A stretch of 64,000 bases of DNA, taken from assembly GCA_050179685.1 (NCBI GenBank), contig JBFXEW010000007.1, positions 79,223-143,222 of the forward strand. Reading direction: 5' to 3'. The stretch is from Salinivirgaceae bacterium. GTDB lineage: Bacteria > Bacteroidota > Bacteroidia > Bacteroidales > SZUA-534. The position numbers and the translations under genes are program-made. The notes beneath the pieces are model-generated. The model made no database searches. It was not told the DNA's origin and saw only the letters and a list, made by a program, of their open reading frames with translations. The first letter of the stretch is position 1. Every line of letters starts with the position of its first letter. Shown here piece after piece: positions 1 through 10,062 of the stretch.

Positions 1-1
1 C

Positions 2-1687
2 ATTGTAAATACCATTGCCGAAGAGTATCTGAAATACGATGTTGAAAGTAAAAAAGAAAGTGCCGAGAGCATCCTGGCTTTTATCGAAGAACGTTTAAAA
101 CTGGTGTATCAGAACCTGGACGAAACCGAAAAACAACTTCACGATTTTAAAAAAGAAAATAAACTAAATCTTGATAAGTATCCGACGAATGGTTCGCCCT
201 TCCCGATTTTTACGGCTAAAATATCAGAATTCGAAGACGAGTTAATTAATATTGAATTTGAACTGGTAACCCTGCAACGAATCAGCACGCAGGTTGAAAC
301 CGATAACGCATTGAATATTTACGAGCTTATAGCGCTACTGTCGGGAACCAAATCGGAAGCAATTTTAGTAAGTGTATTAAACAATCTGCAACTGCTAATT
401 TCAGAAAAAGAGCAACTGCTCAACGATGTAACTCCCAACAACCTGAAAATTAAACAACTCGAAAAGCAAATTGACAACCAAAAAAACCTGCTCATCGATT
501 TTATAAATTCAACCGTTCAACGATTAGAAAGTAGAAAGAACGATTACAAAACAAAAATTGCCGAATACGAAGAACGCTTGTTCAGCGACCGGAATTTCGA
601 CGAACTGGAATACTCAAAACTCGACAGGCTTTACACCATTAACGAAGGGTTTTATCACAAACTGATTGAGAAAAAAGCAGAATACCTGATTTCGCAAGCC
701 GGTTACGTTTCGCAAAATACCATTCTCGAAAAAGCCAATGTACCGGCGCATCCCATTTCTCCCTTGAGCAAAAAAACCTATCCGGTATTTCTTTTATTGG
801 GATTGTTTTTAGGTGGCGGTTTTATTTTGGTACGCTACCTGCTCTACGACGAGGTAACTTCAATCAATACCATTCAGAGTTACACCAATGCGCCCATTTT
901 GGGTACTGTGCCGGTTTACAAAAAAGACATCCCGGTATCGCAACTGTTGGTAAACCGGCATCCAAATTCCTTGTTTTCAGAAGCTTTCAGAACCATACGA
1001 TCGAACCTCCAGTTTATCTCGCATGGAGCCGAAACAAAAATTATTACCGTTTCGAGTACCATTTCAGGCGAAGGAAAAACCTTTGTAGCCATTAACCTTG
1101 CCGGGATTCTGGCCATCTCAGGCAAAAAAGTGGTTATTCTCGACCTCGACTTACGTAAACCGCGTATTCATCTGGGATTCAACACCAGTAACAACAAAGG
1201 AATAAGTACCTTGCTTATCGGAAAACACAAATTGGATGAATGTATTGAGAAATCGGACTTACCCAATTTCGATTACATCACCGCCGGGCCGGTGCCTCCC
1301 AACCCTGCTGAGTTGGCCGCCGGAAAACAAATGGAAAACCTGCTGGTTGAACTCGAAGAACGATACGACATTATTATAATTGATACTCCGCCGGTTGGCA
1401 TTGTAACCGACGCACTGGCAAATCTTCAGCGAGCCAACTATCCCATTTATGTAATGAAGGCCAATGTGTCGAAAAGGCATTTTATCGACAACATCAACAA
1501 CCTGATTCATGTTAAAAACATGGATAATCTATCAGTTATTCTGAATGGCGTTGATGTGAACCAAAGGCGCTATGGTAATTATGGCTACGGTTACGGCTAC
1601 GGTTATGGCTACGGATATTATGCTGAAGATGAAGAAACAACCATTGGCCGCAGGCTTACCGAAAAATTACAAAAACTCAAGAAATGA
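2..1687 (+). CDS. wzc: Wzc-type polysaccharide co-polymerase / BY-kinase (5' truncated by window edge)
   Basis: Frame is open from base 2. Coiled-coil region, TM helix, Walker A 'SGEGKT', 'DLDLRKP', 'IIDTPP' and C-terminal Tyr cluster YGNYGYGYGYGYGYGYY. Confidence 0.9.
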   Translation: MVNTIAEEYLKYDVESKKESAESILAFIEERLKLVYQNLDETEKQLHDFKKENKLNLDKYPTNGSPFPIFTAKISEFEDELINIEFELVTLQRISTQVETDNALNIYELIALLSGTKSEAILVSVLNNLQLLISEKEQLLNDVTPNNLKIKQLEKQIDNQKNLLIDFINSTVQRLESRKNDYKTKIAEYEERLFSDRNFDELEYSKLDRLYTINEGFYHKLIEKKAEYLISQAGYVSQNTILEKANVPAHPISPLSKKTYPVFLLLGLFLGGGFILVRYLLYDEVTSINTIQSYTNAPILGTVPVYKKDIPVSQLLVNRHPNSLFSEAFRTIRSNLQFISHGAETKIITVSSTISGEGKTFVAINLAGILAISGKKVVILDLDLRKPRIHLGFNTSNNKGISTLLIGKHKLDECIEKSDLPNFDYITAGPVPPNPAELAAGKQMENLLVELEERYDIIIIDTPPVGIVTDALANLQRANYPIYVMKANVSKRHFIDNINNLIHVKNMDNLSVILNGVDVNQRRYGNYGYGYGYGYGYGYYAEDEETTIGRRLTEKLQKLKK

Positions 1688-2739
1688 CTTATACGCTTGC
1701 TTTGATTCTCTATTTTATTGTTGCGCTCACCCTTAGTTTGCTCATGCACCGCTTTTTTGTAATCCGCGCCGAGCGATATAAAATAAAAAAAGCCAACACA
1801 TCAGCCGAACGATGGAGCAGTCAAACCAAGCCAATTTTGGGCGGGCTTACATTTTACGCCTTGTTTTTAATGGGGGTTCTCACCTATTTCATTTTTTTCG
1901 ATGCACAAAATTTATTGCATCCTGAGGTGCTTGCTACAATTCTGGTTGTAACTATAGGTTTCTTAATGGGCCTTGCCGACGATATGCTGAATACACCTCC
2001 CGGATTTAAATTTGTTTTTCAGGTACTAAGTGCTTTAATTTTAATCTACTCCGGATTATACATTCAGGTTTTCGAAAACTTTTGGCTGAATTATGGCTTA
2101 ACCCTGTTTTGGGTGGTTGGTATCATGAATTCACTGAACATGCTCGATAATATGGATGCAGTAACCACTTCGGTAACCTCAACCATTTTAGCGGGTTCAT
2201 TGCTTGTACTTGCATTTACTGATTCCTCGGCTGGTGTTTTCTTTATTATTGCTCTGGCAGTTTTTGCTTCATTACTTAGTTTTTTATACTACAACTGGAA
2301 TCCGGCAAAAATGTATATGGGCGACAATGGCTCACAATTCCTGGGTGCATTTATGGCCATTATCAGTATTAAGGTTTTTTGGAATGCTCCCTCGGTGAAC
2401 GATTTTTCAAATTGGTTTCCTTTCCTGTTTGCTTTTTTAGCATTTGTTGTTCCGATATCCGACACCAGTTCGGTTACTATAAACCGCTTGCTGCGGGGAC
2501 AATCGCCTTTTATTGGGGGCCGCGATCATACCACTCACCATTTATCGTACCTTGGCCTTTCTGACCGGGGCGTAGCCTTGGTTTTGCTTACATTAAACGC
2601 AATTTTTACCGGTCTGGCTGTTTTTATGATTCTCGATCCAAACCAAACAATTATAAATCATTGGTTGGTAGGAATAATAGCCTTGTTGGTGGGTATAACC
2701 CTTTATGCAATTACCAAAATTTCGAAGCCAAAAAAGTAA
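1684..2739 (+). CDS. MraY/WecA-family (glycosyl transferase family 4) undecaprenyl-phosphate sugar-1-phosphate transferase
   Basis: Polytopic membrane protein with motifs 'GLADD', 'NSLNMLDNMD', 'YMGDNGS' and 'DRDHTTHHL'-like 'RDHTTHHL'. ATGA overlap with the wzc stop. Confidence 0.88.
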   Translation: MTYTLALILYFIVALTLSLLMHRFFVIRAERYKIKKANTSAERWSSQTKPILGGLTFYALFLMGVLTYFIFFDAQNLLHPEVLATILVVTIGFLMGLADDMLNTPPGFKFVFQVLSALILIYSGLYIQVFENFWLNYGLTLFWVVGIMNSLNMLDNMDAVTTSVTSTILAGSLLVLAFTDSSAGVFFIIALAVFASLLSFLYYNWNPAKMYMGDNGSQFLGAFMAIISIKVFWNAPSVNDFSNWFPFLFAFLAFVVPISDTSSVTINRLLRGQSPFIGGRDHTTHHLSYLGLSDRGVALVLLTLNAIFTGLAVFMILDPNQTIINHWLVGIIALLVGITLYAITKISKPKK

Positions 2740-2790
2740 ACCTTTTCGCTCTTTAGCGGTATACAAGTCAAACAATTTTATCTCAATACT

Positions 2791-3747
2791 ATGTTAAAAC
2801 AATTCGTTGTAATTGGAAGTTTCTCGTTTTTTATTGTGGCAGCCATAATTATTTTAACTGCATCATCGACAAATGAACAAGCCGACCATCAAAATTCACC
2901 TTCGTTTAATCCACATTACGCCATAACACCCGTTCCAATACCCGACAAAATTGCATTTGCCGGTGAAGAAGTTCCCGTTGGAAATTTCGATGTATTTGAA
3001 AGTCTCGACCGCGAGATGCTGGTAAATACTTACTGGCAATCGCAAACGCTGCTATTAATAAAAAAAGCTCATCGCTATTTTCCGCTCATTGAGCCCATTC
3101 TTAAAGAAGCAGGCGTCCCCGACGATTTAAAGTACCTGGCTGTTGCCGAAAGTGGTTTGGCAAATGTAGTATCACCGGCTCGTGCCGAGGGTTTTTGGCA
3201 GTTTCTTGATGGCACCGCACGCGATTATAAACTGGAAGTAAACAGCGAAGTGGACGAGCGCTATCATGTTGAAAAAGCAACATTTGCCGCGGCTCAGTTT
3301 TTAAAAGAATCGTACCAAAAATACGGAACCTGGACCATGGCAGCGGCATCGTATAATATGGGCCGTCGAAATATAAGTCGCCAAATCGACCGACAAAAAT
3401 CAAGTAATTATTTCGATTTGGTTCTGGGTGAAGAAACCGGACGTTATGTTTATCGGCTGGTAGCCTTAAAACTAATTATGGAAAATCCCGACAAATACGG
3501 TTTTTACATTAACGACAAGCAAAAATACCAAAGCATAAAATATACACTGGTCGAAGTAGATACTACAGTAACAAATCTGGCCGATTTTGCTCACCAGATG
3601 GGAATTAATTACAAAGTACTGAAAGAATTAAACCCGTGGTTACGCGACGATAAACTAACCAACAAAACAGGAAAAAAATATCAGATAAAAATTGCGGATA
3701 CCACTTTACGAACCGTGGTTCCGGATACTTTATTTTACAAAAAATAA
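2791..3747 (+). CDS. Lytic transglycosylase (SLT domain, MltD-like) with C-terminal LysM-like segment
   Basis: Motifs 'AVAESGL', 'GFWQF' and 'AASYNMG'. N-terminal membrane anchor; 'LADFAHQMGINYKVLKELNPWL' is LysM-like. Confidence 0.85.
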   Translation: MLKQFVVIGSFSFFIVAAIIILTASSTNEQADHQNSPSFNPHYAITPVPIPDKIAFAGEEVPVGNFDVFESLDREMLVNTYWQSQTLLLIKKAHRYFPLIEPILKEAGVPDDLKYLAVAESGLANVVSPARAEGFWQFLDGTARDYKLEVNSEVDERYHVEKATFAAAQFLKESYQKYGTWTMAAASYNMGRRNISRQIDRQKSSNYFDLVLGEETGRYVYRLVALKLIMENPDKYGFYINDKQKYQSIKYTLVEVDTTVTNLADFAHQMGINYKVLKELNPWLRDDKLTNKTGKKYQIKIADTTLRTVVPDTLFYKK

Positions 3748-3867
3748 TAGGGCCCGGAATCAAAATCACAAACCTGTTGAAACAAAAGCTTTGCTGAATT
3801 TGTATCTCAGTCCGGAGTTGTTATTCATATATTTATTGAGGTAACTTAAATTATCCAAAACTCTCAA

Positions 3868-3875
3868 TATCTTTG
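3868..3875 (+). promoter_or_regulatory. Bacteroidota -7 promoter box (TATCTTTG) of uvrA
   Basis: Exact TAnnTTTG match 14 nt upstream of the uvrA ATG. Confidence 0.7.
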
Positions 3876-3889
3876 CCCATATTTTAAAA

Positions 3890-6733
3890 ATGCCTGAAAT
3901 GGAAAGTCACATCGAAAACGATGAAGAAATAAAAGTATACGGAGCCAAAGTACACAACTTAAAAAACATCGATGTTACCATTCCCCGAAATAAACTCACG
4001 GTTATTACCGGTTTAAGCGGAAGCGGAAAATCGTCGTTGGCTTTTGATACCATTTATGCCGAAGGGCAGCGCCGCTACATGGAAACCTTTTCGGCTTACG
4101 CCCGTCAGTTTTTGGGCAATATGGAGCGCCCCGATGTGGATAAGATTACCGGCTTAAGTCCGGTAATTTCAATTGAGCAAAAAACCACAAACAAAAACCC
4201 ACGCTCAACGGTGGGTACCATCACTGAAATTTACGATTTTCTGCGCCTGCTTTTTGCCCGGGCTGCCGATGCCTATTCGTTTAATACCGGCGAAAAAATG
4301 GTGAAATACACCGACGAACAAATAACCCAGCTGCTGATTGAAAAACTCAACGGTAAAAAAATATATATTCTCGCCCCGCTGGTTCAAGGACGTAAAGGTC
4401 ACTATAAAGAACTTTTTGAACAGCTTATAAAAAAAGGCTTTATTTATGCCCGCATCAACGGAAAAGTGCTGGATTTAAAACCCGGATTGCGGCTCGACCG
4501 ATACAAAACGCACAACATCGAAGTGGTTATCGACCGCTTATTGATTGATGATAAAGATGTAAAACGCATTCGGGAATCGCTGCAAATAGCCATGAAACAA
4601 GGCGAAGGCGTTACTTTGGTTTTAGATGCAGAATCGAACGAGTTGCATTATTTCAGCCGTCACCTGATGTGCCCAACCACGGGCATTTCGTACAACGAAC
4701 CCGCACCTCACACCTTTTCTTTTAATTCGCCGGTAGGAGCCTGTCCCAAATGTAAAGGACTGGGCATCATTAACCAAATAGATTTAGATAAAGTAATTCC
4801 CGATCCCAAACTCAGCATAAAAAAAGGAGGCATTGCCCCGCTGGGAAAACACAAAAGCAACCTAATTTTCTGGCAAATTGAAGCCATTGCCGATAAATTC
4901 AAATTTAAACTCGATACGCCCATAAAAGATATTCCTGAAGATGCACTCGATGCAATTTTAAATGGTTCCGACGAACCTTTTAAATTACAAAACACGCCTT
5001 TAGGAAATGCATCGAATTATTTTTTAAGCTTTCCGGGAGTATTAAGTTACCTTCAGGCTGAACAAGGCGACGAAGCTATCAGCGAATCGAGAAACGGGCG
5101 TTTTCAAAACTACATCAGCGAATCAACATGCCCCGAATGTCAGGGAACCCGCCTAAGAAAAGAAACCTTGTTTTTTAAGATTGCGAAAAAAAACATTGCC
5201 GAACTTTCACAAATGGATATTGGAGCCTTGGCTGAATGGCTGAATGGCGTTGAAGATAGAATGAGCTCAAAACAAAAACAAATTGCTACGGAAATTCTGA
5301 AAGAAATCCGTTCCCGATTGGGCTTTTTGTTGCAGGTTGGTTTAAATTACCTGTCGTTAAACCGTTCGTCTAAATCTCTATCGGGTGGCGAGAGTCAGCG
5401 CATCAGGCTGGCAACGCAAATTGGTTCGCAACTGGTTAATGTTTTGTACATTCTCGATGAACCCAGCATTGGCTTGCATCAGCGCGATAATCACCGCCTG
5501 ATAAATTCATTGAAGGAATTGCGCGATTCCGGTAATTCGGTAATTGTTGTGGAGCACGATAAAGACATGATTCTATCGGCCGATCATGTGGTTGATATTG
5601 GCCCTATGGCCGGACGAAACGGAGGGAAAATTGTTGCCCAGGGAACACCAGCCGACATTCAGGCTTCCTGCTCGCTTACTGCCGAATACCTGAACGGCCA
5701 TAAAAAAATTACAATTCCCGAAAAACGACGCGAAGGAAACGGAAAAAGCATTACAATAAAAGGAGCCAGCGGGCATAACCTGAAAAATGTATCGGTAAGC
5801 ATTCCTTTAGGGAAATTTATTTGTGTTACCGGAGTTTCGGGAAGTGGCAAATCGAGTTTGATAAACGAAACCCTGCATCCCATATTAAACAAGCATTTTT
5901 ACAACGCTTTAAAACAAGCGCTTCCCTACAAATCGATTCAGGGAATTGAGCATATCGACAAAGTTATTGAAGTAAATCAATCGCCTCTGGGAAGAACCCC
6001 ACGGAGCAATCCGGCTACTTACACCGGTGTTTTTTCCGATATACGCGATATTTTTGCCCGCCTACCCGAAGCCCAGATTCGCGGTTATAAACCCGGGCGC
6101 TTTTCGTTTAACGTAAAGGGCGGACGCTGTGAAACCTGCAAAGGTGCGGGAGTTCAAACTATTGAAATGAATTTTTTACCCGATGTTTATGTGCATTGCA
6201 ACGAATGTCAGGGACGCCGTTACAACCGCGAAACCCTTGAGGTTCGTTACAAAGGAAAATCGATTTCCGATGTGCTCGACATGACCATAAACCGCGGGGT
6301 TGAATTCTTTGAAAATGTTCCCAAAATTTTACAGAAATTAAATGCGCTCCAGTCGGTTGGATTAGGTTACATAACACTGGGCCAGGCCTCAACAACGCTA
6401 AGCGGAGGAGAATCGCAGCGCGTAAAACTGGCCACCGAACTGTCGAAAAAAGATACCGGACGAACCCTGTATATTCTCGACGAACCCACAACCGGCCTGC
6501 ATTTCGAAGATATCAGGGTACTGCTTAAAGTTCTTAACAAACTGGTAAATAAAGGCAATACAGTAATTGTAATTGAACACAACCTCGATGTAATTAAAGT
6601 AGCCGACCACCTTATCGACATTGGGCCCGAAGGAGGCGACGCCGGAGGAAAAATTCTTTTTGAAGGAACACCCGAAGCATTGGTTAAATCGGGAAAGGGC
6701 TATACTTCGCAATTTTTAAAAGACGAAATGTAA
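3890..6733 (+). CDS. uvrA: Excinuclease ABC subunit A
   Basis: Two ABC cassettes ([26 protein letters not shown] twice), zinc-finger Cys pairs, 947 aa. Confidence 0.98.
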   Translation: MPEMESHIENDEEIKVYGAKVHNLKNIDVTIPRNKLTVITGLSGSGKSSLAFDTIYAEGQRRYMETFSAYARQFLGNMERPDVDKITGLSPVISIEQKTTNKNPRSTVGTITEIYDFLRLLFARAADAYSFNTGEKMVKYTDEQITQLLIEKLNGKKIYILAPLVQGRKGHYKELFEQLIKKGFIYARINGKVLDLKPGLRLDRYKTHNIEVVIDRLLIDDKDVKRIRESLQIAMKQGEGVTLVLDAESNELHYFSRHLMCPTTGISYNEPAPHTFSFNSPVGACPKCKGLGIINQIDLDKVIPDPKLSIKKGGIAPLGKHKSNLIFWQIEAIADKFKFKLDTPIKDIPEDALDAILNGSDEPFKLQNTPLGNASNYFLSFPGVLSYLQAEQGDEAISESRNGRFQNYISESTCPECQGTRLRKETLFFKIAKKNIAELSQMDIGALAEWLNGVEDRMSSKQKQIATEILKEIRSRLGFLLQVGLNYLSLNRSSKSLSGGESQRIRLATQIGSQLVNVLYILDEPSIGLHQRDNHRLINSLKELRDSGNSVIVVEHDKDMILSADHVVDIGPMAGRNGGKIVAQGTPADIQASCSLTAEYLNGHKKITIPEKRREGNGKSITIKGASGHNLKNVSVSIPLGKFICVTGVSGSGKSSLINETLHPILNKHFYNALKQALPYKSIQGIEHIDKVIEVNQSPLGRTPRSNPATYTGVFSDIRDIFARLPEAQIRGYKPGRFSFNVKGGRCETCKGAGVQTIEMNFLPDVYVHCNECQGRRYNRETLEVRYKGKSISDVLDMTINRGVEFFENVPKILQKLNALQSVGLGYITLGQASTTLSGGESQRVKLATELSKKDTGRTLYILDEPTTGLHFEDIRVLLKVLNKLVNKGNTVIVIEHNLDVIKVADHLIDIGPEGGDAGGKILFEGTPEALVKSGKGYTSQFLKDEM

Positions 6734-6801
6734 GTTTTTGTTGAGCAGTTTCAAGAAATAAATTATCTTTAATCGGAGCCAAAATTTCAATCTTTAGTAT
6801 C

Positions 6802-8460
6802 ATGATAGAGATAATTTGTGTAAACAATAAACAAACTAAAAAGTATCCTTTGGGTACTACTTTGGCCGAGATTGCCAAAAAAACGAATATTCAGTTAAAA
6901 CATCCGGTTTTAGGAGCCTTTGTAAACAACAAACTCAAGGAACTCTCTTACAATATTTACAAACCAAAAACGGTTGAATTCATCGATATTTCGCATCCCG
7001 ACGGTATGCGTATGTACGTGCGTTCCCTGTCGTTTGTGCTGCAGAAAGCAGTTAGCGAAGTGGTTCCCGGCAAGCGGATAAAAATTGAACATTCTATATC
7101 GAAAGGCTACTATTGCGAATTTGATGGCGATAAAAACTCCATCGACATTGATACCGTATTTGCCATCGGGAATCGCATGCGTGAGATTATTGAAGCGGAC
7201 ATGCCTTTTTCGCGCGATGAAATTTTATCGACCGAAGCAATAAAACTCTTTGAAGACCATGGCCTGGTGGAAAAGGCCCTGTTGTTTAAATCAAGACCAC
7301 AACTTTATTCATCGGTTTACCGGCTCGATAATTCCATCGATTACTTTTATGGTTTTTTGGTACCTTCTACCGGTTATCTTAAGGTGTTCGATTTGGTAAA
7401 ATATTACGACGGAATGCTGTTAATTGTACCAAAAACGGAAAACCCCGACGAATGTGAAGAAATTATTATTCAGGATAAATTATTCGAAGTTTTTCAGGAA
7501 TACCAGGATTGGGGCGAGATACTGAAAGTTGCCTACATCGGGAATATCAATCAGGTTGTTAAAGACAAGCAGATTAGCGAATTAATTAAAATATCGGAAG
7601 CACTGCACGAGAAAAAAGTAGCCAATATTGCCGACATGATTGCCCACCGTCCCGAACATCCGAAACTAATACTGATTTCCGGACCTTCATCGAGCGGAAA
7701 AACTACTTTTGCCAACCGGCTGGCAGTTCAATTAAAAGTAGCCGGACTTACGCCAGTAACCCTGTCGCTCGATAATTATTTTGTTAACCGCGAATTAACC
7801 CCGCGCGACGAAAACGGAGAATACGACTTTGAAGCCATTGAAGCGCTTGATTTACATTTGCTAAACGACAACCTGATACGTCTTTTTGCCGGCGAAACAG
7901 TCGATTTACCCAAGTTCTCGTTCCATACCGGACAGCGCTTTTACGAAAACGATTTGCTAAGCATCGACGATAAAACCATAATTATTGCCGAAGGAATTCA
8001 TGCGCTGAATCCGAGGCTTACTTCAGAAATTGACGAGGCTACCAAATTTAAAATTTATGTATCGGCCCTAACTACTGTTTCGCTCGATAATCACAACCGT
8101 ATTCCCACGACCGATACTCGTTTGGTGCGTCGAATTATCCGCGACTACAAATACCGGAATTACAGTGCGGTTGAAACCATTAACCGTTGGGCCAGTGTGC
8201 GTAAGGGCGAAGAAAAGTACATATTTCCTTATCAGGAGAACGCCGACGTAATGTTTAATACGGCGGTTCATTATGAAACCGGAGTGCTAAAACGCTATGC
8301 CGAACCTATTTTACACGAGGTCCCCTCGAACAACAAAGCCTATCGCGAAGCCACGCGATTGCTTAAATTCTTTAGCTATGTGGTTCCCATTGCCGACGAA
8401 GAAATTCCTCCCACATCAATCTTACGTGAATTTTTAGGAGGAAGTAGTTTTAAGTATTAA
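6802..8460 (+). CDS. Uridine/nucleoside kinase with N-terminal ThrRS-like (TGS + editing-like) region
   Basis: N-terminus 'YPLGTTLAEIA...LGAFVNNKLKEL' is TGS-like. C-terminal P-loop 'SGPSSSGKTT', 'LSLDNYF' and 'IIIAEGIHAL'. Confidence 0.8.
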   Translation: MIEIICVNNKQTKKYPLGTTLAEIAKKTNIQLKHPVLGAFVNNKLKELSYNIYKPKTVEFIDISHPDGMRMYVRSLSFVLQKAVSEVVPGKRIKIEHSISKGYYCEFDGDKNSIDIDTVFAIGNRMREIIEADMPFSRDEILSTEAIKLFEDHGLVEKALLFKSRPQLYSSVYRLDNSIDYFYGFLVPSTGYLKVFDLVKYYDGMLLIVPKTENPDECEEIIIQDKLFEVFQEYQDWGEILKVAYIGNINQVVKDKQISELIKISEALHEKKVANIADMIAHRPEHPKLILISGPSSSGKTTFANRLAVQLKVAGLTPVTLSLDNYFVNRELTPRDENGEYDFEAIEALDLHLLNDNLIRLFAGETVDLPKFSFHTGQRFYENDLLSIDDKTIIIAEGIHALNPRLTSEIDEATKFKIYVSALTTVSLDNHNRIPTTDTRLVRRIIRDYKYRNYSAVETINRWASVRKGEEKYIFPYQENADVMFNTAVHYETGVLKRYAEPILHEVPSNNKAYREATRLLKFFSYVVPIADEEIPPTSILREFLGGSSFKY

Positions 8461-8623
8461 ACATAAAAACTTTGTGGTGAATGGGAAATAATTGGGTTCA
8501 GAACCATAAATTATTAACATTTTATCAACTTTAATAGGCTGTAACCACTGTAAAATTTGATTGTAAAGGGTTTTTAAGTATTTTAGCATTCAATTATTCA
8601 GGCAAATTGTTTAATAATTTCCT

Positions 8624-10018
8624 ATGTTACGAATCGTATTAATACCTATTGTTGCCGGTTTTTTATCCCTGCTTGGTTTTTTAAACAGTCCGGTATCGCT
8701 CGATATCAACCTGCCAGCCAGTGCAAATGCGGGCGATGAGTTTTTGGTAGAAGTAACCATAAACAAGGGCGACATCGAAGGATTTGCCCGTTTTCAACAG
8801 GATTTGCCCGTAGGTTTTACGGCAGTAGCCCGGCAAACGGCAAACGGCGAATTTCGGTTCGAAGATCAAAAAATTAAAATCCAGTGGATGCGTGTTCCCT
8901 TCGACAGGGAGTTTACCATAAGTTATGCCATACAAGTTGCACCCACCGTTTCGGGTGAGTTTTCGCTCGAAGGAAAATTCTCATACATCGAAAATAATGG
9001 AGTACAAACTGCCAGCATTCCGGCAAAATCGATAACTATTGTGGGCGACGAAACACTTGCCGGAACCGCCGAAACCTCACAAACTACCTATTCATATCAG
9101 AATGTGAGCTTAAAAAACATCGACTGTGTACGGCAAAAACCTTTCTTAAACGAGAATAACGAAATAATTGTAAACCTGCTTATTAACAAGGGCGATTTGC
9201 GCGATTTTGGTAAAGTTCAGGAAGAAATTCCCAGAGGCTACCGTGCAGAAAGCATAAAAAGCAAGAACTCAATTTTTACGTATAAAAATTCCATTATTAA
9301 ATTCCTGTGGATGAATATGCCCCCAGAATCGCAGTTTGTGGTTTCGTACAAACTGATTCCCGAAGGCGAAATTCCCGATCAGGCATTTTTAATCTCTGGA
9401 ACTTTCTCATACGCTGAAAATGAGCGGACAAAAACCATCAACATTGCTGAACGTGCCGTTGATTTAACTGTGTTTGATACCGAAGAACTGGTGGCTCAAA
9501 CCACGAGTCCTGAAGTTACCCAGCAGCCCGTTGAAGAAACACAAACGCAAACTCCGGTAGAAGAAACCTACACCCCTACTCCGGTGCAAACTGAACCCGT
9601 TGTAACACAACCCGATTTGGCTTATACAGAACCGGTACAAACCCAACCTGAAATAAGCGAAAGTGAGCAGATGGACAACAACCAGAATTACATGGATAAT
9701 CTGGCTGGAGTAACCAATATTCCCTTACCCGATAATGGGGTTACTTATCGCGTGCAAATAGCTGCCGGCCATAATTTAGTGGGCAAACAATATTTTAAAA
9801 AATTAAATATTGTAGACGAAGTTCAGGTCGAAATTCACGACGGCTGGCATAAATACACTGTTGGTAATTTTATGATTTACCGCGATGCCCGCGATTACCG
9901 CATGTACATCTGGAACAACACACCTATTCACGATGCTTTTGTTGCGGCATACAATAGTGGACTTCGAATTACTGTACAAGAAGCGCTGATGATAGCTAAT
10001 CAAAAATGGTATAAATAA
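8624..10018 (+). CDS. Exported protein: two tandem homologous beta domains, Pro/Thr/Glu linker, C-terminal SPOR-like domain
   Basis: Internal duplication 'INKGDIEGFARFQQDLPVG' vs 'INKGDLRDFGKVQEEIPRG'. C-terminal 'YRVQIAA...KYTVG...DAFVAAY'. Confidence 0.6.
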   Translation: MLRIVLIPIVAGFLSLLGFLNSPVSLDINLPASANAGDEFLVEVTINKGDIEGFARFQQDLPVGFTAVARQTANGEFRFEDQKIKIQWMRVPFDREFTISYAIQVAPTVSGEFSLEGKFSYIENNGVQTASIPAKSITIVGDETLAGTAETSQTTYSYQNVSLKNIDCVRQKPFLNENNEIIVNLLINKGDLRDFGKVQEEIPRGYRAESIKSKNSIFTYKNSIIKFLWMNMPPESQFVVSYKLIPEGEIPDQAFLISGTFSYAENERTKTINIAERAVDLTVFDTEELVAQTTSPEVTQQPVEETQTQTPVEETYTPTPVQTEPVVTQPDLAYTEPVQTQPEISESEQMDNNQNYMDNLAGVTNIPLPDNGVTYRVQIAAGHNLVGKQYFKKLNIVDEVQVEIHDGWHKYTVGNFMIYRDARDYRMYIWNNTPIHDAFVAAYNSGLRITVQEALMIANQKWYK

Positions 10019-10062
10019 TCTGAAGCTTTTTATTAAATTCGCAACATATGTAATTTAACTTA

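Noticed and set aside
3748-3889. SOS box upstream of uvrA
   Set aside because: No GATTA-N5-TAATC or other clear palindrome was found by eye.
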